The notes beneath the pieces are model-generated. The model was not told the origin of the DNA and searched no databases. It saw only the letters and a program-made list of their open reading frames with translations. This document shows positions 11,615 through 26,124 of a stretch of DNA of 64,000 bases, in pieces. Numbering within the stretch: the stretch's first letter is position 1; the number at the start of each line of letters is the position of its first letter. Both the position numbers and the translations under genes were made by a program. The DNA is from Octopus vulgaris (taxonomy: Eukaryota), in the NCBI GenBank assembly GCA_951406725.2, contig OX597827.1, positions 25,668,001 through 25,732,000 of the forward strand. The letters are read 5' to 3'.

Positions 11615-13260
11615 CTACCCGCGGTTAATGTAAATATACGATGTACGGCTGCCCTACATCTATCGCGGACTTTTTATCGGCTGACATATGTTTAAGTTCG
11701 CTATCGTGTACTTTATCTCTTGAGGTGCGCGCGCTCGCCGTCCCGTGCATTATCTTAGCTATTTAAGGTTACGTTCAAGTCATGAGACTAGCAGTAGACC
11801 AATGACATGCGGACACTTTACATGCATATGCATTGGTACAGGAGGTATAAAACTAACGGTCTCCAGCGTAAAGGCATCATAATTCAAAATGTCTTCAAAT
11901 CAATTATAACAAGTTCTGCGTTCGCACGTCGGTCCTCCATCAGCGAATTTACGCTCGTCATCGCGCCCGACAACACCTGCGGCAACCAACTCGTCGTCGC
12001 GTCAAACGTCGGCACGACCGACTCCTACGTCAACTCGCTCAACGCCAACTCGTTCGTCGTCGCGTCAAACATCCGCTCGACCGACACCTACACGTGAAAC
12101 TGAGCCGCGGCCTTGTACTTCCAGTGTCGCTGCAGCTGCTGCGGAGGCCGGTGATACTCCTTCAGCAAATTTGCGGTCGCGTCCGAGGACATGAGCTGCT
12201 TCGCGCCCGACCACACCTATATCCTCAGCTCGATCGTCAGCTGCTGCTGCTGAATCGAGAGGTAATGCTGATTCAGGCTCAGGCTTTTCTCGTGATTTTG
12301 ACTCATCTTATGGTGATTCTGGCTCTTAGCTTTTGCTGAACTCTGATTCGGATGTCTCTGATCCGGGTTCTTTGCAATTGCTGCGAAACAACAGAAGGGC
12401 AAGTATCGATGGTCCTGGCCAACAGAATGTGGTGTGGCGGAGAATAGACAATTTTCCGCGACGATATGGATTCTCAGACAACTCCGTTTAAAAGCGAACC
12501 GGAACAATCACAGATCGCCCTTGGAAATATTCCACGTGTTTCTCACGGAGGAAATTTTCGAGTATATGGCAGACGAAACAAACCACTACGCTGCTACTCA
12601 TCCTCAACGTGAATCTCAGCATAGCACCGACTGGTTTCCGACGACAGGCAATGAAATCAAAGTGTTTCTTGCGCTGCTTATTCTCATGGTCATCGTAAGA
12701 AAACCCACCCTAGATTCGTATTGGAATAGGAACCCTCAAACAGCGACACCATTTTCACCGACACTATGCCGCGCGATCGGACTTTCGCGCTACTGAAAAA
12801 CCTACACTTCAACTCGGGCGTCAACACCGATGACAGGCTGCATAAACGTCGGCCAATTGTTGACGCAGTCGTGGACAATTTCAAAACTGTTTATATACCT
12901 ACGCAAGATATTTCCACAGATGAAAGTCTCTGGAAATTCAAGGGGCGGTTGCGATTCAGATAGTACAACCCTACAAAACGTGCGCGCTTTGGAGTGAAAG
13001 TATATAAAGTTTATCAGTCATCCGGTGTCGCAGGTGGCTATACCTGGAAATGTAAAATATATACTGGCGAGGACAGGGTTGTGGACGTTCTAAGCATTAA
13101 CTAATGTCATCATGTCATTGAATGACGAACCGTTAGACAAAGGGTATAACATTTATATGGGTAACTGGTTTTCCAGTCCCGACTTGTTTCAGCAGCTGCA
13201 GGCCAGGAGATATGCTATTTCTAGCATATCAAGCATGCAAACGAGGAGGCTCCTTCAACG
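11615..13260 (+). pseudogene. Decayed piggyBac (PGBD4-like) transposase
   Basis: SPLEIFHVFLTEEIFEYMADETNHYA, WFPTTGNEIKVFLALLILM, MPRDR, ISTDESLWKFKGRLRFR*YNPTKRARFGVKVYK and KGYNIYMGNWFSSPDLF are piggyBac motifs. Stops and frameshifts present, 3' part missing, left boundary approximate. Confidence 0.9.
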
Positions 13261-14624
13261 GATCATTTTCTCGTTGTTTGAATGAACCTATATAGGAACT
13301 ATCTTGGTCGCAGCTCATTGGTTGGTGAACACACCCGGTTGATTTGTCCACGGAGTTGCTGGTTCGGCTACGTCTTCGTATTTAATCAGAGTTTAAGTTC
13401 AAAGCCCCAACGTCTTCTTTTGAGTCCAGATCGATACAACGAAAAGTAATCATATGTTGAGGCTGATACATTCAAATATATCAGACTGTAAAATGTGTAA
13501 TAATAAATCAATTAATAGAATTACCTCAAATAAAGAACATTTATAGCTTCATACAATTTTAGAAAGAAAACTCGTGATTGTTACTGATAAGGTTTCAATT
13601 AATCAGATTGCTTTTGGTGGAATACTCAACCAACCGAGTCACTAAATTGTAGGTGTTTTCTTTTTCTTTCAAAAGCTCTTCATGGTTTCTTAACGGGTGT
13701 GTTTCTACCAAAGCTAACGCGTAAATAACTTGTTGCCATTGATTCTATACGAACTAATGAAAGTGCAGTTTAACACCGAACATTATTATAGTCATTTGGT
13801 CAGTGCAACAGTGTCTAACGTTGTTACCGATGAAGAATAGGTTTGGCAGAAGTAAGATACATGCTTATTCGGGCACTGAGCGCGTGATGGTATATCTTGT
13901 CATTTCAAATGTAATATCCACATCATTAAGAAGGGAAAAAGGGATGGAGTAAATGTGTGTTTTCTTTCTAAATAATTTCTTTTCCCCCGAAAGCAAGGTA
14001 ATCTACACAGAATAAACTAGCTTTGTAGAAATAAAAACATAAAACATTTTCTTCTCAATCAGATTAGCCGAAAGGTATGTATACATCGAGATGGATTTTC
14101 TTTGATCTTCAATAAGGATAGGTAGTTGCATGCATACATACGGCTTGGTATTAACACACAAGTTACTCAGAAAGATAGATGACTATAATAGTTTTATCGA
14201 TCTCACGGTAATTAATAGCAGATAGTGCGAGGCTGATCGAATGCTTTATCAATTCATTCACTAGGGTTGCAGTGTGTGCACAAAAGTATCGATTGAAATT
14301 CATATAAAAATTGCACGCGTACGCAAACCTTAAGCACGTACATACAAATACACATCCACAGAATACATAATCATGCACAAACATATGCATAAATTCACAG
14401 GCACGTGTGCGGGTGCACACGTGTATTTATATGCAAGAGTTGGAAAGATTAAGGGAGGGAAGGAGGGAGAGAGAAGGATAGAGAGGCATGTTTAGCATAT
14501 TTTACAGCACACACTTTTGACACGCGTTTGCTGAAAATACACGTGAGCATAGAAATGCACACCGTATATACATATGTTTGTGCGTGGGTTATGGTTGTAT
14601 GTATGTATATATTAATAAAATAAT

Positions 14625-14835
14625 AAATGCGCCCTTTTAAAGCCTAGTCAGGTTCATGGGCCCGGTTTCCCGGTTTCTATGACGTATGTGTTCTCCAACA
14701 GGAAGGGATGCCAGTCCATCGCAGTGTTACTCATTTTTGCCAGCTGAGTGGACCGGAGCAACGTGAAATGAAGTGTTTTGGTCAAGAACACAACGCAACG
14801 GTCCAGGAATCGAAACCACAATCTTACGATCATGA
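14625..14835 (-). mobile_element. tRNA-derived SINE with V-domain-like core
   Basis: Minus strand has B box GGTTTCGATTCC followed by CTGCGATGGACTGGCATCCC, which resembles the V-SINE domain. Confidence 0.6.
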
Positions 14836-16218
14836 TGTTGACACTAAATATAAATTACTTCCCATTCTTGAGCAGCCAGTATACAATTGTCCATGCGATA
14901 AGCAGTGCTCTACCAAGGGAAGACTAGTCACAGAGAGGGTTTGACCCTGAGATTTGTTAATAGACATGGCAAAGCTGACACGAAGGAGGAATTGCAGTCT
15001 TCTGAACGTAAATGGGATTTCTGCTCCTGATGGAGTAAGAGGAATTCTTGGAATGAAGACGTCATCATTTTTTCCACATCCTGAAAGAATGATAACCTCT
15101 ATAACCTTTGACATCGTTTTCTTTATCAGCAGTTGTGTCCCATTGCAAAGTCTTGATAGCTCCATATTGCGGAGTAGCATTACAGGAGTTCCAACTTTAA
15201 GTGCTAATGTGTGGGGCCGAAGTCCAGGAGGCTTCAATAAATTGAGAAATTCATGATAGTTCGCCACTTCATTTTTATCAGGATAGAGCAGTTGAGCTTG
15301 CCGCTTAGTCTTTAGCCAGGTTGTCTCTGTATTTGAGCTATAGAGTGACAGGATCACACAGTTCGCATGTCTGTAGTAATACTGCAAATAGTGCCCTGAG
15401 ACTTGTAGGCGAATCTGAAAAAGCAGCCTCTCCCAAAGTTGCATCTCATTGTGCACCATTTTCTAACAGGCCTTGTCGATAGCAGGCTTCTGGTATGTTG
15501 TGCAGACATGTCCATGAACGGTTTTAAGGGCCTGGAAACACGTTGGCCTTCTGACCTCATGCAGTAGTAGACGGAGATAGAAGCACTCTTGTTGAGTGGG
15601 ATGCACTGAGTATACTTGCCCAAGACAAGTGTCAAACCTAATTCCAGGGTACCCATGAATATTTTGATCGGCTTTCCTTGGGGCCTATTTTGTTCCATTC
15701 CGAGTGTAGTACGATGGAATCTGTGGATACAGGAAGGTTTCAGCGAATTAATCAACTCGATAAAGCATTAGCATCGGTGAAGTACACCCTTTGATCGTTT
15801 TCCAGGCGCACTGCAAGCTGTTGAATAGCGGGGTGTCGTTGGTGAAGTGGAAAGCCAAAGATGCGCCAGAAAGCCTCGTTGCTATTTATGTACCGTCCTA
15901 CCTGATAGTGCATCACTTCATCCTGGCAGTATTCTTGTTGAAGTCCAAAAATTGCAGCGTCAGAACCATTGTTCACATAATTACAAACGTACTTTATGGA
16001 CTTAACGGAGTTGTAAAACTCAACGTTGATGTGGGCATGGAAAGTCTTTGACAAGATTGGGCAGTAGGGAACAATCCGTCTATTATCAACCTCGTACTGT
16101 CCGATAGTTGCTGTGAAACTGCCGTCTTCTGGTTTTCTCCGTATGTATGATGGATACCCATCAGCATCTGTCTGATTGTCTTGTAGGAACCTCCTTGGAA
16201 ACCTTTTCGAACATACAC
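14836..16218 (-). pseudogene. Helitron Rep/PIF1-helicase remnant with internal deletion
   Basis: DGYPSYIRRKPEDG, VDNRRIVPYCPILSKTFHAHINVE..SVKSIKY, EAFWRIFGFPLH and FYLRLLL (Rep region) are joined to LKVGTPVMLLRN, LCNGT, IPRIPL, FAMSINKSQGQTL and SHGQLY (PIF1 C-terminus); helicase motifs I-IV are absent. Confidence 0.93.
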
Positions 16219-17430
16219 AGAGTAGAGCAGATCAGAGAGCAGAGAGAGCAGAGCAGAGCACAAAGCAGAGCACAGAGCAGAGCAGAGGGAAGAGCAGAGC
16301 AGACAGCAGAGCAAACCAGAGCACAGAGCAGAGCAAAGGGCAGTGCAGAGCAGGGTACAGAGCAGAGCAGGGTACAGAGCAGAGCATAAAACAGAGCAAA
16401 GGGCCGAGTAGAGAGGAGAGCAGAGCAGAGCAGAGAGGAGAGCAGAGCAGAGCACAGAGAAGAGCAAAAACAGAGCAAAGCAGCGATCAGAGAGGAGAGC
16501 ATAGAGAGGAGAGAAGAGCAGAGAAGAGCACATAGCAGAGAAGAGAGCAGAGCAGAGAAGAGAGCTGAGCAGAGCACAGAACAGAGAGCAGAGCAGAGAG
16601 CAGAGCAGAACATGGAGCAGAACATAGGGCAGGGAAGAGAGCATTGCACAAGCAGAGAGCAGAACACAGAGCAGAGAAGAGAGCAGAGCAGAGCACAGAG
16701 CAGAGCAGAGCACAGACCAGAGTACAGAGCAGAGCACGGTGCCGAGCATAAGCAGAGTACAGAGCACAGAGAAGAGAAGAGAAGAGAGCAGAGCAGAGAG
16801 CAGAGAGGAGAGCAGGGCAGAACCCAGAGCAGAGCAAGGCACGGGCAGAGCACGGCGCAAAGCACAGACCAGAGCAGAGAACAGAGCAGGGCAGAGAGCA
16901 GAGCAGAGAACAGAGCAGAGTGCAGGGCAGGGCAGAGCGCACAGCAGAGCAAAGCACAGAGGAGAGAACATACCAGATCTCAGAGCGCACAACAGAGAAG
17001 AGCAGAGTGCAGCGCAGAGTAGAGAGAAGAGCACAGATTAGAGCAGCAGAACACAGAGCAGAACAGAGCACAGAGCAGCGCAGAGGGAAGAGCATAGCAC
17101 AGAGTGGAGCGCAGAGCAGATCACAGAGAAAAACAGAGCATAGAGCGGAGAATAGAGCAGAGCAGGGAGCAGAGCAGAAAGCAGAGAGCAGAGAGCAGAG
17201 AACTGACCAGAGAGCAGAGCAGAGCACAGGGAAGAGCAGAGCGCAGAGCAGGGTAGAGTATAGGGCTGAGGACAGAGCAGAGCAGAGAGCAGAGCAGAGA
17301 GCAGAGCAGAGCAGAGCAGAGCAGAGCATAGAGCAGAGAGAAGAGCAGAAAGTAGAGCAGAGCATAGAGCAGAGCACAGACCAGAGTACAGAGCTGAGCG
17401 CAGTGCAGAGCAGAACAGATTAGAACAGAG
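16219..17430. repeat. Degenerate (GAGCA)n pentanucleotide satellite, about 1.2 kb
   Basis: Directly visible; near absence of T on the + strand explains the stacked long ORFs. Confidence 0.95.
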
Positions 17431-17606
17431 GACATCACATTGCATCGTATCGCATCTCACCGCTTCGCTTGTCTTTACTTCATTTCACTTGACTTTCAAA
17501 TCGGAAGGTTGCAGTCACGGCAATGACGATCCTATCCACTCTCTTAGATCTTTGGTTCATTTTCAAGTTTTTGGTTCATTCATCTCGATGTACTTCCCCT
17601 CGTGGG

Positions 17607-18230
<624 letters not shown>

Positions 18231-18381
18231 ACATATCTACCTTAAGCGCTCACACACGGACATATATATTGACTGATTGATGGATACATACATACATACA
18301 TTATTGCCGTGTATTTTAGATTCTACATATATTCCCTGAATATTTTATCAAAAGAATCGCAACGTTTATTATTCTTTTATT

Positions 18382-18787
18382 CTTTTACTTGTTTCAGTCA
18401 TTTTACTGCGACTATGCTGGAGCACCACCTTTAGTCAAACAACTTGTTCGTAGGATTTATTCTTTGTAAGCCTAGTACTTATTCTATCGCTCTCTTTCCC
18501 CGAACCGCTAAGTTACGCGGACGTAAACACATCAGTGTCTGTTGTCAAACGATGGTGGGGTACGAACACAGACACACGAACATATACACACACTCACATA
18601 CGCACGCACACACACACATACATATATAAATACAACGGCCTTCTTTCAGTTTCCATCCACTCATAAGGCTTTGGTCGGCCAGAGGGTATATTAGAAGGCA
18701 CTTGCACAACGTGCCAAGCAGTGGGACTGAACCCAGAACCATGTGGTTGGTAAGCAAGTTAATTAATACACAGCCACTTTTGCGCCT
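18382..18787 (-). mobile_element. tRNA/CORE-type SINE family B
   Basis: A box TGGCTGTGT, B box GGTTCAGTCCC and CORE-like GGCACGTTGTGCAAGTG; homologous to 42988-43378. Confidence 0.85.
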
Positions 18788-19127
18788 ATTGTGAAATATT
18801 TTTACAATTTTCTTTCCGTATCATATTTGACGATAATCAGTCAATAACAGGATTTATCTGATAATACTATTGAATCTTTGGTACACGGTTAATTATTCAG
18901 TCTTCGTTTCGTATATAATTACGCTACATCAAGAGATCAGAGTAAATTGAGATAGCGTTCATAATTTTCTCACTTGCATTTATCCTCAAGTAACCCGCTG
19001 CAATAGCTATTATTTCCCACCTACTGATTACTGGGGGGGGGGGCATATATTTGTGAAGGATGTGCAAGAAATACATAAGACGAAACGACTTACCTCCTTC
19101 CCTACAACTGGCAGCCTTATGCCAAAA

Positions 19128-19518
19128 CTAGCAGTATCACCCGGCTTTGCTCGGGTTTGTTTTGACCCTTTAGAATTGGAATTTTTGAAAAGTAAAAATT
19201 TTGCATTATGTAGCTTGTTATTCACTTTAAGTGAACATTTTTCTGGTTGAAGTACACCACAAAATGGCGACACAGCAGTCATAAAATCGTAAAAAAATTA
19301 GGGATTTTCATAGAAAAAAAGCACCTTTTTGATGTAAATAATTTTTGGTGTTAAAATGGTCCGATTTTAATTTTTTTTTCTATGGAAGTAAGAGCAAGCC
19401 TTCTATCATACTCTCAATTTTGGTCAACTTGCACCGCACGGTCTCGGAGGAGATGGTGTTAGTTGAAGGCAACAAAACCTGCCATACACAAACAACTTCA
19501 GCTTTATATATAGAGAGA
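19128..19518 (-). mobile_element. Non-autonomous Helitron
   Basis: Minus strand starts TCTCTATATATAAAGC and ends in a CCCGAGCAAAGCCGGG hairpin followed by TGATACTG-CTAG|T, i.e. canonical 5'-TC and hairpin-CTAG-3' termini. Confidence 0.8.
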
Positions 19519-19534
19519 AATTTGTAACCATTAG

Positions 19535-19690
19535 ACGTCGAGCTGGCAAAATCGTTTGCGCTTAGGAAAAAATAATTAGCAGTAGGTCTTCCGGAATTTT
19601 ACGTTCTGCGTTCAAATTCCACCGAAGTCGACCTCACCTTCCATCCTTTCGGTGTCGATAACATCAATACCAGTTAAGTACTGGTACTGA
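19535..19690 (+). mobile_element. SINE family A, diverged
   Basis: CGAGCTGGCAAAATCGTT...GTTCAAATTCC...CCATCCTTTCGGTGTCGATAA. Confidence 0.75.
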
Positions 19691-20310
19691 TTTTATTGAC
19701 TAAGAACTCTCCTAAAACTATTATTAATATTTTTGTTCTTGTTACTACGATTCCCATCACGCAAAACATCCAGAGTTATACAACAGAAACTATATAAGAA
19801 AGAATTTCTGTTAATGAAGCGTTTCCTCTTTGAAGAATATTTCGGCAACACAACATTAACATCAGAGAATATAAAATATAATTCCAACACGAGTTGTTTT
19901 TGCCAAATAAAATTCCAACATTTAAAGATTAACATTAAAATAGACGCAATTGTTCTTATTTTGTATTCTTCAAATCGATATATATATATATATGTATATG
20001 CGTGTGCGTGTGTGTGTGTGTGTATGGGTTGCATCCAGTTTAATGCAAAAATTATACTTATATAAAACATAATCAATTTTCAATAATTCTAATTCATCTC
20101 GTGATCAGTTCCTATGTGTGTGTGTGTGTGTCTGTGAGTGAGTGCATGTTCATAAATAATACATACAAAGATATATATATTTGAATACGTCAACATACAT
20201 ACACCCATATATACATACATACATACATACGTACAAACATATATACATACATATATATATAATATATATATATATATATAATATGATATAATATAATATA
20301 ATATAATATA

Positions 20311-20354
<44 letters not shown>

Positions 20355-20373
20355 CTCTCTCTCTGTGTATCTG

Positions 20374-20409
<36 letters not shown>

Positions 20410-20410
20410 G

Positions 20411-20446
<36 letters not shown>

Positions 20447-20968
20447 CATATCTATAACATTTTCATCTTTGAAAAAATTTCTAAATTTCTTCGTAATCAT
20501 AGAAAACAGCTGGAGCATTTAGCATAAATCTTATTTTAAACTTTCCGAACAGAACCTGCTCTTATATCAACGCATGCTAACCTATGCCAATTTCAATGTC
20601 ATCTCGTTCTTTGTTTTAATTCTCTCTTTCAACCTAAAAAAACAACACATTTGCACTATATCAAACAATTCCAATTCTCACAGCTTTTATATCCTTATTA
20701 TTTACGACTTCTCTTTTCCCCATACGCCATCATTTCCTATCCCCATCGTTATTTATCCTCCTCTAATGTTTCCAGCGTTTCTTAGGATTTTTCGGAATTT
20801 TACTTTGCCTTTTTCAAAATATTTTCTCCGTTCATATGATATCTTATTTACGAACCGTTTCTCTCTGCAAATTATTTTTAAATACATGCGTATATGCAAA
20901 TGCATATTCATATATGTATATGCATATACACGTGTATACAAGCACATACACACACACATCCGTGTGTT

Positions 20969-21007
<39 letters not shown>

Positions 21008-21083
21008 TGATGTTTTTAATATGTATAAATATGTAGTATATAAATATGTAATATATAGTTCTTGTTACTATGATTCCCATTAC

Positions 21084-21148
<65 letters not shown>

Positions 21149-21182
21149 TTGTATATATATACGTATATATATACGTATATAT

Positions 21183-21230
<48 letters not shown>

Positions 21231-21664
21231 GTATGTATATATACATATAGGTAGATAGATAGATATGTATACATACATATATGTATATATATGTTATTTA
21301 TAAGCATCTAAATGGTAGAGCTGTTAGCGATCCAATGCAATGCCATTTGTAATATATAATCTACACACGTACACATAGCTAGCTTTTATATAAACGTATG
21401 CATATATAGATCGCTTTTCTGAATCAGCCTCCCTAACTGTCGTTGAGCGAAAGTGAAGGAACCGATGCAGGATCGCTCAATTTGGTAGATATAACAGCAA
21501 TGCTTCCTTCTTAAATCAGACCAATATGCATTGAAAGAAGGAATGCACATCAATGTTGATGACAATGAAGAAATCCTAGGTGGGATGTCACGACTGGAAT
21601 ATAGATATTGAGTCTTATCATCGACAATGGACGAAATTTTATTTGAGTATATGAGTATATCACC

Positions 21665-21875
21665 ACAGGGTGGCAGAGTCGGTACCACGCCGTACCAAAC
21701 ACTTGGCGGCATTTGTTCCAGCTCTTTACATTCTGTGTTCAAATACCGGCGTGATCGACTCTGCCTTTCAGACATCGACCTCGATAAATTAAAGTAGCGT
21801 TCAAGTACAGGGTTCGATGAAACTGATTAACATCCTTCTCTCAAAATATCCGGTCTTGTGCCAAAATTTGCAACC
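21665..21875 (+). mobile_element. SINE family A, highly diverged
   Basis: TGGCAGAGTCGGTACCACGCCG...GTTCAAATACC...CGACTCTGCCTTTCA...GTCTTGTGCC. Confidence 0.6.
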
Positions 21876-22101
21876 GTTAAGAGATCAAAATTCTTTATAG
21901 ATTCCAATTATAAATCTATTGGGTTTTTAACAAATTAGCAAGGTGGTTTTCTTTTTTAATTGTTTGGTTCAAATGAACACTGAACTTACTTGTCTGGAGA
22001 TGGCATGAAAAAATATTTCTTAAAATTGGATGTTGTGTTAAAACACACCGTACTGCGTTATGTACACTATAGAACCTCTTTATTCTTTCTTTAATATCCC
22101 A

Positions 22102-22420
22102 TGTTTCAGCCCCGAGGCTGTGGCCATGCTGTGGCCATGCTGGGGCACCGCCACTGCAATCGCCTTTTAATTGGACACTTCTATGTGATCCTGCTCTCGT
22201 TTGAGTTCCCTACCTTGATATTGGTTCATCTGGGATCTTGGATAGCAAGAAGTGAAGTTGTTTCTTGAAAACGTCTACACCCACACCATGGAGATCCCTG
22301 AGATGTTTTGGCGAGGAGTTAAATAGCAGTTGGCCATCGAATCCCAAGCTATTGCAGTACATCGTCCTCACCTTAGATGAGACAGCTGGAACTTTTGAAA
22401 CAGTGCAGTGACGTCCAATG
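22102..22420 (-). pseudogene. 3' end of CR1/L2-like LINE (ORF2 C-terminus plus tail)
   Basis: GRHC...NSLGFDGQLLFNSSPKHLRDLHGVGVDVFKKQLHFLLSKIPDEP resembles CR1/L2-group ORF2 ends; tail is shared with SINE family B. Confidence 0.7.
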
Positions 22421-23411
22421 ACTTCCTTATACAATTGTGGTGCATGAATGCTTTCGCTTCTGGAACTACAAAATCACGCGATTTCGGTTTTTTCTTGGCC
22501 TTGTCAATTAAAGACTCCCGAAGCTAGAGATATAAGTGATTTCTTTGCTAGCGATATACATAGAATTTCAGGGCCTAATCAGTCACTGGTTTTGCTAATA
22601 ACCAGTAGGTTTACTAAAAAAAATCTGTAGCGATGAGAACTTCTCTCACGATTAATAACGCAGTATTTTGTGTTCTAATATAACATCCACTTTTAAGTGT
22701 GGATAAATATTACGTTTTGGATTAACACCGCTTCTGTCGTTATTAGTTATTCTTATGAATTGTTTCATTCGTTTTGTTTTCTCAACTGTCTCCAGTATTT
22801 ACTGGTTCTTCATTCCAAAAACTATTGGACATTTCAATAGTGGCTCACCACCCAATGCTAAGTATCTCGATTGTCAATCTAATTTCGTTAAAAGTTTCAA
22901 TACTAAGTTGTTTTTCTGTTAATCAGTTGGAAACTATGAATGTTTAAACTTAAGTACCATTGTGTACTATTAAACCAAATGAAATTTATTGAATAAAATG
23001 AAATATAATTTTTGTTTTCAATTTTAATTAATTAATTTATTTATTATAAACTCTGTTCTCATTAAGGAACAATTGTTAAGAATCCATATAATTGCACTAA
23101 TTCGGAAGTCGTTACCTAATTATTATACCAAATGTAACTTCTTAAATATTTTCATGCACAATACAATTGCTGCAGTATCTGACTATCGTTTGAATGAATA
23201 CAATGGTATGTTGCTACTAAAAGTGGCAAATAAAGACCTACAACGCACAGCCTGGTGATTAGTAAGTGTTCGTTGAGAAATTAATGATAAAGAAGATATA
23301 AAATATTGGAAAGTTTCATTCGATTCTTCATAATTAATATTTTGATTAAATGTTTTAATAACCATGTAGAATAAACAGGAAAATATGTTTGGCGAGACTA
23401 GATCTGCGCGT

Positions 23412-23412
<1 letters not shown>

Positions 23413-23499
<87 letters not shown>

Positions 23500-23760
23500 A
23501 CACTCACACAGCCACACAGACACACATTCACACACACACTTACACACACATTTACACACACACAAACACACACATACACATACACGCTCACACAGACACT
23601 CATTCACACACACTTATACACACATACACACGTTCACATACACACACACATACATACACACACACTCACACAGGCACACATTCACACATACTTACACACA
23701 CACAAACTCACACACACTCACACAGACACGCTTTCACACACGCACACACATACATACATA
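23413..23760. repeat. (CA)n microsatellite, degenerate distally
   Basis: Directly visible. Confidence 0.95.
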
Positions 23761-24945
23761 TGCTTTGCGTTTGTGAGTGTGCGTGAGTATGTGTGTGTTC
23801 GTAGATGCGTGAAGTTAGAATGCAAGAATGAGAGGAAAAGAGGACAAGCGAAGTACAGAAGTGACTGCAAATGTCATTCTTATATGCTAAAGAATTATGG
23901 AATATGTACATGAGACGTTAGTTCCACGTACAAACGATATGTATTTATTTAATAGAAATTGAAAATAATGGATGGGTTTGGTTCAATGAATGGTGAGCTT
24001 TAAAAGAGAGAAAACAATTGGTAACGGCAATGTTTATGATGTTGGCATTGTATTGGATCCTTTGTTATTTGATCACCAGAATATAATCTTTGACCTCAAC
24101 ATCCTCCATTTAACAAGATCATCTCACTAGCAGTAAGTTCCGTATTCAGAGGCGAGTGGGTGTTGCATTTACATACATAATACGTTTAAACACATTGTTT
24201 TCCATGTCTAACTATGTTTATTTTTCGCCTCCATAGAGTATAACAATACAAACAATGATTTCAAATTAACTTTCTAAACAAGAATCTGTGCAGCAAGTGT
24301 TGGGGTGTAAATTTCCAAAAGAAAATAATCGATACCCATAACAAGAACGCATGAAATCGAACTCTCTCTCTCTCAGTGAAAAGCATTCCAACGATTTTGG
24401 TTGTGTTTGGGCCCACGGCCAACAAACACAAATCTCTCTCTAAATAATCGTTCATTAAATTCTTTCAATATGTAAATAAATATAAACAGTAGGATACACT
24501 TTCGATCTGTTTTTCAAATCTAATTCTAATGAAGAAACAATTAAATTTTCTAATGGATATTTTTTTGGCGTTTTTTTTCTTTTGGTGGTGTTGAGAATAT
24601 CTCATTATGTTTGTGATTGAAAGTATTATTTCAATTATGTTTTGATTTTAATATATTGTGAACCAAAGCATTGATGTTGTATTCTCTATCAATTATGATT
24701 GGTGCCAGATAACAGGTTTGTGGACCTGTGGAATGGAATTGTTAATAGAATCATGTTACTACTATTGTCTCAATATCACTTTATAATAGAACTATTGTTC
24801 AAAAACTGATTTAGCTATTGTTTCCTCACATATACAATGTCTTCTGTATAAATTCACATTTATGACATATGTAATCATTATCGATGTTACCCATACAATA
24901 TGGAATATAATGGGAAGACAATCTATTTGGGGAGAACTTTAGGAG

Positions 24946-24987
<42 letters not shown>

Positions 24988-25569
24988 GCTATGTACGTAT
25001 GAATGCGTGAATGACTGTATATATGTATGTATGCATTGGAATGTGCGTTCGTTTTAGAAACAATAAAACATATTTCTCATAAATCATTTTATTGTCCCTC
25101 AAAAGTTACGGAATTTCTCATACTGATCACAGTAAACATCGGTACTAGTTCTCTATAAGCCTAGATATCACATGATCCCATGGATTATTTTATATCCTGC
25201 TGTATGTGACTTTTGGAATTACGTACACTCCAAGCCGAAGATTTTTAATCTTTCTGATATTTGAGAACATATACAGTATTTTTCTGAATTTGAAGTGTAT
25301 AAAGTCAGCATGCGATTAAAAGAATGCCCTCGGTTTCAAGTTTTATATAAAATATTTGCGTCTGTTTTGGTAGCAGAGCAGAGCAGAGTGGTTAGTGGAT
25401 ATTATCGACCCGAGGACTAGATTAGCACTCTATGCTAAATGGAGGAAAGGCAAAGCGACCACGATGCTTTTTGGTAGATGGAAACTAAAAGCCAATCTTA
25501 TGTATATATATGTTAAAATATATGTGCGTCTGTGTGTGTGCATATCTTTGTGTCTGTCTTTGCTCTATA

Positions 25570-25803
25570 CCTATTTCTTTATTACCCACAAGGGGCTAAA
25601 CATAGAGGGGACAAACAAGGACAGACATAGGTATTAAGTCGATTACATCGACCCCAGTGCGTAAGTGGTACTTAATTTATTGACCCCGAAAGGATGAGAG
25701 GCAAAGTCGACCTCGGCGGAATTTGAACTCGGAACGTAGCGACAGGCGAAATACCGATAAGCATTTCGCCCAGCGTGCTAACGTTTCTACCAGCTCGCCG
25801 CCT
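25570..25803 (-). mobile_element. SINE family A, full monomer inserted into a family B remnant
   Basis: Near-consensus copy. Flank CTTTGCTCTATACC at about 25558-25572 recurs at about 25807-25820, resembling a target-site duplication. Confidence 0.88.
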
Positions 25804-26124
25804 TTTCTTTGCTCTATACCATTGCTCTATACCATTGCTTGATAACCGGTATTGGTGTCTTTATGCTCCAGTAACTTAGAGGTTCTGTATTAGATAGGGA
25901 GTAAGTCAATTACATCGATCTTAGTACTAGTACTTGACGTACAGAATTATGCGGCGTGGCCTTGCCGAAATCCGCGCGAGATTTGTCAACAGATGTCCAA
26001 CATAGCTTTACAACTTGACTGAGCACAAAACGAGCTCATCTATGTATCTGTTTGTGCGTGTTTTTGTTAATGCATGTGTTTATATGTATGTATATGTATG
26101 TGTATCTATGCATGCTTGTTTGTA

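Noticed and set aside
15994-17460. Long stacked ORFs (up to 346 aa; LCSAL / EQSRA repeats)
   Set aside because: Translations of the (GAGCA)n satellite, open in many frames on both strands only because the repeat lacks stop codons.
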